DNA of 64,000 nucleotides, taken from Paraburkholderia sp. (lineage in GTDB: Bacteria > Pseudomonadota > Gammaproteobacteria > Burkholderiales > Burkholderiaceae). The notes under the pieces are model-generated. The model ran no database searches. It was given only the letters and a program-made list of their open reading frames with translations, and had not been told where the DNA came from. The translations under genes were made by a program, and so were the position numbers. Shown piece by piece: positions 60,537 through 64,000 of this stretch (position 1 is the stretch's first letter; every line of letters starts with the position of its first letter). The stretch lies in NCBI GenBank assembly GCA_035948995.1, contig DASZIR010000069.1, positions 997 through 64,996 of the forward strand. The letters run 5' to 3'.

Positions 60537-60941
60537 TCAATCATCTACGCGAGCGCGTCCTGACTTGATTTCACCGCGTTTGGCCTTGCCGTCGAGCCGG
60601 CGCCGAACCGACGCGCGCGTTGGCCGCGTGGCGACGCGCGGCGTGCGGGTCACACTGACGCTCTGAATCAGTTCGTCGAGCCGGGCCAGCGCGGCCGCGC
60701 GATTCATCTCCTGGGTGCGATGCTCCTGCGCCTTGATGATCACCACGCCGTCGCGCGTGAGGCGATGGTCCGATAGCGCGAGAAGCCGCATCTTCAGAAC
60801 CTCGGGCAGCGACGAAGCGCGCACATCGAAGCGCAGATGGATCGCGCTCGAGACCTTGTTGACGTTCTGCCCGCCCGCTCCTTGCGCGCGCACGGCGGTC
60901 AGTTCGACTTCGTTCGGTGGGATCGGATAACGTGATGTCAT
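60537..60941 (-). CDS. arfB: Alternative ribosome rescue factor ArfB
   Basis: RAQGAGGQNVNKVSSA, QEHRTQEMNR and a basic tail. Confidence 0.95.
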   Translation of the reverse strand: MTSRYPIPPNEVELTAVRAQGAGGQNVNKVSSAIHLRFDVRASSLPEVLKMRLLALSDHRLTRDGVVIIKAQEHRTQEMNRAAALARLDELIQSVSVTRTPRVATRPTRASVRRRLDGKAKRGEIKSGRARVDD

Positions 60942-61189
60942 GAGAGGGTATGGAGCATCGAACCGCAAGTGTACACACGCGCTCCGGTGCCCGTCTCGCG
61001 TGACGAATTGCCGGCGAGCCGACGCTGGAGGGCAGCCATTCGCTGCCGCTCATGGCGGCGAACGGAAGCGCATGATGCGCACACCGGCGCACGCCCGGCT
61101 ATCGGCAAGCCGCGCCGATTCAGAAAACTGGTTGCCCGCCGCCGACGTCTCGCCGATACTGACGCTTATCGCTTACAACGTAAATTAAC

Positions 61190-61831
61190 ATGAAACTGCG
61201 CCCGGCTTTCCTGCTAGAACTCGCGGTCAATCTGCTGTTGCCGTGGCTTGCCTACCGGCTCGCGGCGCCCCATTGGGGCGAGACCGGCGGCCTGATTGCC
61301 TCGGCCGTGCCGCCGATTGTCTGGAGCCTCGTTGAACTGGCGCGTTTCCGGCGCGTCGACGCGCTCAGCATGATCGTGCTGACCGGTATTGCCCTGTCGA
61401 TCGGCGCGATGGCGCTGGGCGGCAGCCCGCGCATGTTGCTGCTGCGCGAATCGCTGGTGTCTGGCGCGATCGGCGTCGCGTTCCTGCTGTCGCTGCCGAT
61501 GCGCCGGCCGCTCATCTTCTATCTGGCCCGCGCGACGGTCGCGCGCGAAATGGCGGGCGGCGCCGAACGCATGGACACGCTATGGCGCGAGCGCCCGTCC
61601 CTCGCCGTCTCGATGCGCCTGATGACGGCGGTCTGGGGCGTGGGGCTCACCAGCGAAACCGCATTGCGCTCGTGGATGGCGTGGACCTGGCCGGTCGAGC
61701 GCTTTCTCGTGGTCTCGCCGTTCATCGGCTACGGCATCTACGGCGCGCTGCTGCTGTGGACCGTGTGGTATCGCAAGACCTTGCGCAGCCGCGCCGAGCG
61801 CGAAGCGCAGCCGAGCAGCATTGCCAGCTAG
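61190..61831 (+). CDS. VC0807-family membrane protein
   Basis: VNLLLPWL.Y, ASAVPP, RMLLLRESL.SG, RPLIFYLAR and MT.VWG.GL. Confidence 0.8.
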   Translation: MKLRPAFLLELAVNLLLPWLAYRLAAPHWGETGGLIASAVPPIVWSLVELARFRRVDALSMIVLTGIALSIGAMALGGSPRMLLLRESLVSGAIGVAFLLSLPMRRPLIFYLARATVAREMAGGAERMDTLWRERPSLAVSMRLMTAVWGVGLTSETALRSWMAWTWPVERFLVVSPFIGYGIYGALLLWTVWYRKTLRSRAEREAQPSSIAS

Positions 61832-62145
61832 GCGGTCCGCAGGGCCGCAGTCCACAGTCGCTCGCGGGGCAGCCCATTGCCAACCCCCGGCACGGGCGGG
61901 CGTCGTCGTTGGCCACGCCTCCTGCCGCGCCGCCCGGGCGTCGGACCTGCAAACGCGGGCGGCTCACAGCGCAAAGAGCACCGCCACAACCCACATCAAG
62001 CGGCAGCATAGCAAAGGTATCGACGCGACAAAACCTGGCCGAACGGACGAGGTCAGATGGCCCATAAAATCAGTTAGACTCATCACCGGTTTCGGGCTGT
62101 CCCTGCAATCTCATTTTTGTCGTGGTACGAAAATCCAGGCAGTCG

Positions 62146-64000
62146 ATGCGCTATTCGGTAGAAATCAAAAAATTCCTGTATAGCCAGTACTTTTATGGCG
62201 GCCTGCGCATCGCGGTCGGCGTCTCGTTACCGCCCGTTCTCTGTCTGCTGCTGTTCCACGACCAGGAGCTCGGCTTTACGATCGCGACTGGCGCGCTCGG
62301 CGCGTGCGTGGTCGACATGCCAGGGCCGCTCAAGTACAAGCACAACGAAATGCTGGCGTGCAGCGTGATCGGCTTTCTGGCGGCGCTCGCCACCGGGCTC
62401 GCCACGGTCAATGCGGTGGCGCTCTGGTGCACGGTGGTGCCGCTTACCTTCGTGCTGTCGTTGATCGTTGTGTACGGCAACCGTTGGCCGCAGATCAGCT
62501 TCGCCACGCTCTTCATGATGATCATGACGCTTGAAGAGCACTTCACGCCCATGCAGGCACTCGTCAATGCCTCATGGATCCTCGCGGGCGGCCTCTGGTA
62601 CACGTACTGGTCGACCTTCGTGAGCCGCTGGCAGATGCACCGCATCGAGCAGCAGGCGCTCGCCGAAAGCGTGTTCGCCTGCGCGGACTATCTGCTCGCG
62701 CGGGCCGAGTTCTACGACCTCGATAACGACCTCGACGAATGCTACCGCAATCTGGTAGCCAAGCAGATCGCGGCCGTCGAGCGTCAGGATGCCGCGCGCG
62801 ACATCGTGCTGCGCAACCTGCCCAAGCTCAAGACCGGCAAGCTCGAACCGCGCCGCGCGATGCTCTTCAACCTGTTCATCAATACGGTCGACCTGCACGA
62901 GTTGTTCGTCGGCGCGCATACCGACTACCCGATGGTGCGCAATACCTTCGGCGGCTCGGACATGCTCACGTTCTATCGCGACCTGATCCGCAAGGCCGCG
63001 GCCGACCTCGAAGAGATCGGCCTCGCCGTGCTGCAGAACCAGCCACCGCGCAACCGCGTCAACGTAAAGGCCGAATTGCGCGCCATCGAGTTCGAAATCG
63101 AACTGATGCGCAAGCACGATATGCCCGCGAAGAACCCCGAGGCGTACTCGGCGGTGCTGGCAACATTCAGGCGTCTGTGGAGCGGGACGCGCCTGATCGA
63201 CAAGATGCGCAAGAGCCTCTCCAGCGAGGCCCGCACGACCGAAACGGAACTGCGTCTGGACCAGGCGTTGTCGCGCTTCGTGTCGAGCCGACGGGTGCCG
63301 TTCGGGCAGATCTTCTCGAACCTGACCATGGCTTCGCCGAGCTTCCGCCACGCGTTTCGCGTGACGATCGCGGTAGCGGTCGGCTTCTGGCTCGGGCGGC
63401 TGTTGCCGCTCACCAATGCGTACTGGATCGTGATGACGACCGTCATCATTCTGAAGCCAGGCTATTCGCTCACCAAACAGCGTAATGGACAGCGGATTAT
63501 CGGCACGCTGATCGGCTGCGCCGCCAGCATCGCGCTGATTGTGTTCGTCAAGGAACCGCACATCCTGCTCGTCGTGATGTTCGCCTCGATGGTGATGAGC
63601 TACAGCCTGCTGCTGTTCAATTACACCGCCAGCGTCGTGTTCACCTCGTCGTATGTGCTGCTGATGTTCCATCTGCTCGCGCCGGGCGGCATGCGCATCA
63701 TCGGCGAACGCGCGATCGATACGGCGGTCGGCTGCGCGATCGCGATTGCCGCGAGCCATCTGTTTCCGTACTGGGAATACCGGCTGATGGGCAAGCTCGT
63801 CAACAGCATGATCGCGGCCACACGGCAATACCTGGAGGCCAGCTGGTGGTGGGGCGGCAAGCCGGTCGCGGTCGCCACGGCAGTGGTGACCGAGGCCGGG
63901 GCGCGCGCGCCGGCCGCCGCGATGGCGGATCCCTTCGGGGGATTGGGTGCGACCGGTGCCAGTGCGGCTGGCTTCGGTGCGGCAACGCTTGCCGCGGCCG
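62146..64000 (+). CDS. FUSC/YccS-family membrane protein (runs off window end; missing from ORF track)
   Basis: MRYSVEIKKFLYSQYFYGGLRIA..., FRHAFRV and YWIVMTTVIILKPGYSLTKQRN.QRIIGT. Confidence 0.9.
   Translation, partial: MRYSVEIKKFLYSQYFYGGLRIAVGVSLPPVLCLLLFHDQELGFTIATGALGACVVDMPGPLKYKHNEMLACSVIGFLAALATGLATVNAVALWCTVVPLTFVLSLIVVYGNRWPQISFATLFMMIMTLEEHFTPMQALVNASWILAGGLWYTYWSTFVSRWQMHRIEQQALAESVFACADYLLARAEFYDLDNDLDECYRNLVAKQIAAVERQDAARDIVLRNLPKLKTGKLEPRRAMLFNLFINTVDLHELFVGAHTDYPMVRNTFGGSDMLTFYRDLIRKAAADLEEIGLAVLQNQPPRNRVNVKAELRAIEFEIELMRKHDMPAKNPEAYSAVLATFRRLWSGTRLIDKMRKSLSSEARTTETELRLDQALSRFVSSRRVPFGQIFSNLTMASPSFRHAFRVTIAVAVGFWLGRLLPLTNAYWIVMTTVIILKPGYSLTKQRNGQRIIGTLIGCAASIALIVFVKEPHILLVVMFASMVMSYSLLLFNYTASVVFTSSYVLLMFHLLAPGGMRIIGERAIDTAVGCAIAIAASHLFPYWEYRLMGKLVNSMIAATRQYLEASWWWGGKPVAVATAVVTEAGARAPAAAMADPFGGLGATGASAAGFGAATLAAA

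Overview
A GC-rich Burkholderiaceae chromosome window, most like Paraburkholderia. Core genes: zapE-lpdA-sucB-sucA with the sucA RNA leader, typA, marR-OMF-emrAB, truB-rbfA-infB-nusA-rimP, rluB-scpB and arfB. It also carries a PsrA-type TetR fatty-acid operon (fadE, FabG4-like reductase, MaoC, thiolase, fadD, DUF1571), hfq2, and an ECF sigma/anti-sigma pair. Decay is visible: Fic and TssF remnants at the left end, and a sharp deletion scar at about 25120 joining a sigma54 activator 3' half to an ShlB/FhaC 3' end, probably where a Flp/Tad pilus locus was lost. Main leads: (i) two matching GGAATA-N16-CGTT promoters defining a local ECF regulon (His/Trp-repeat secreted protein, VAO/PCMH flavoprotein, small Tat protein); (ii) two stand-alone IS5 N-terminal-domain genes that look domesticated, one with a sigma54 promoter and a structured leader; (iii) a candidate ECF-dependent sRNA of about 68 nt at 55826-55893; (iv) a possible FadB-independent, R-specific beta-oxidation operon. 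I saw no tRNA, rRNA, CRISPR array or complete IS. All family calls come from motif recognition by eye; no searches were run.
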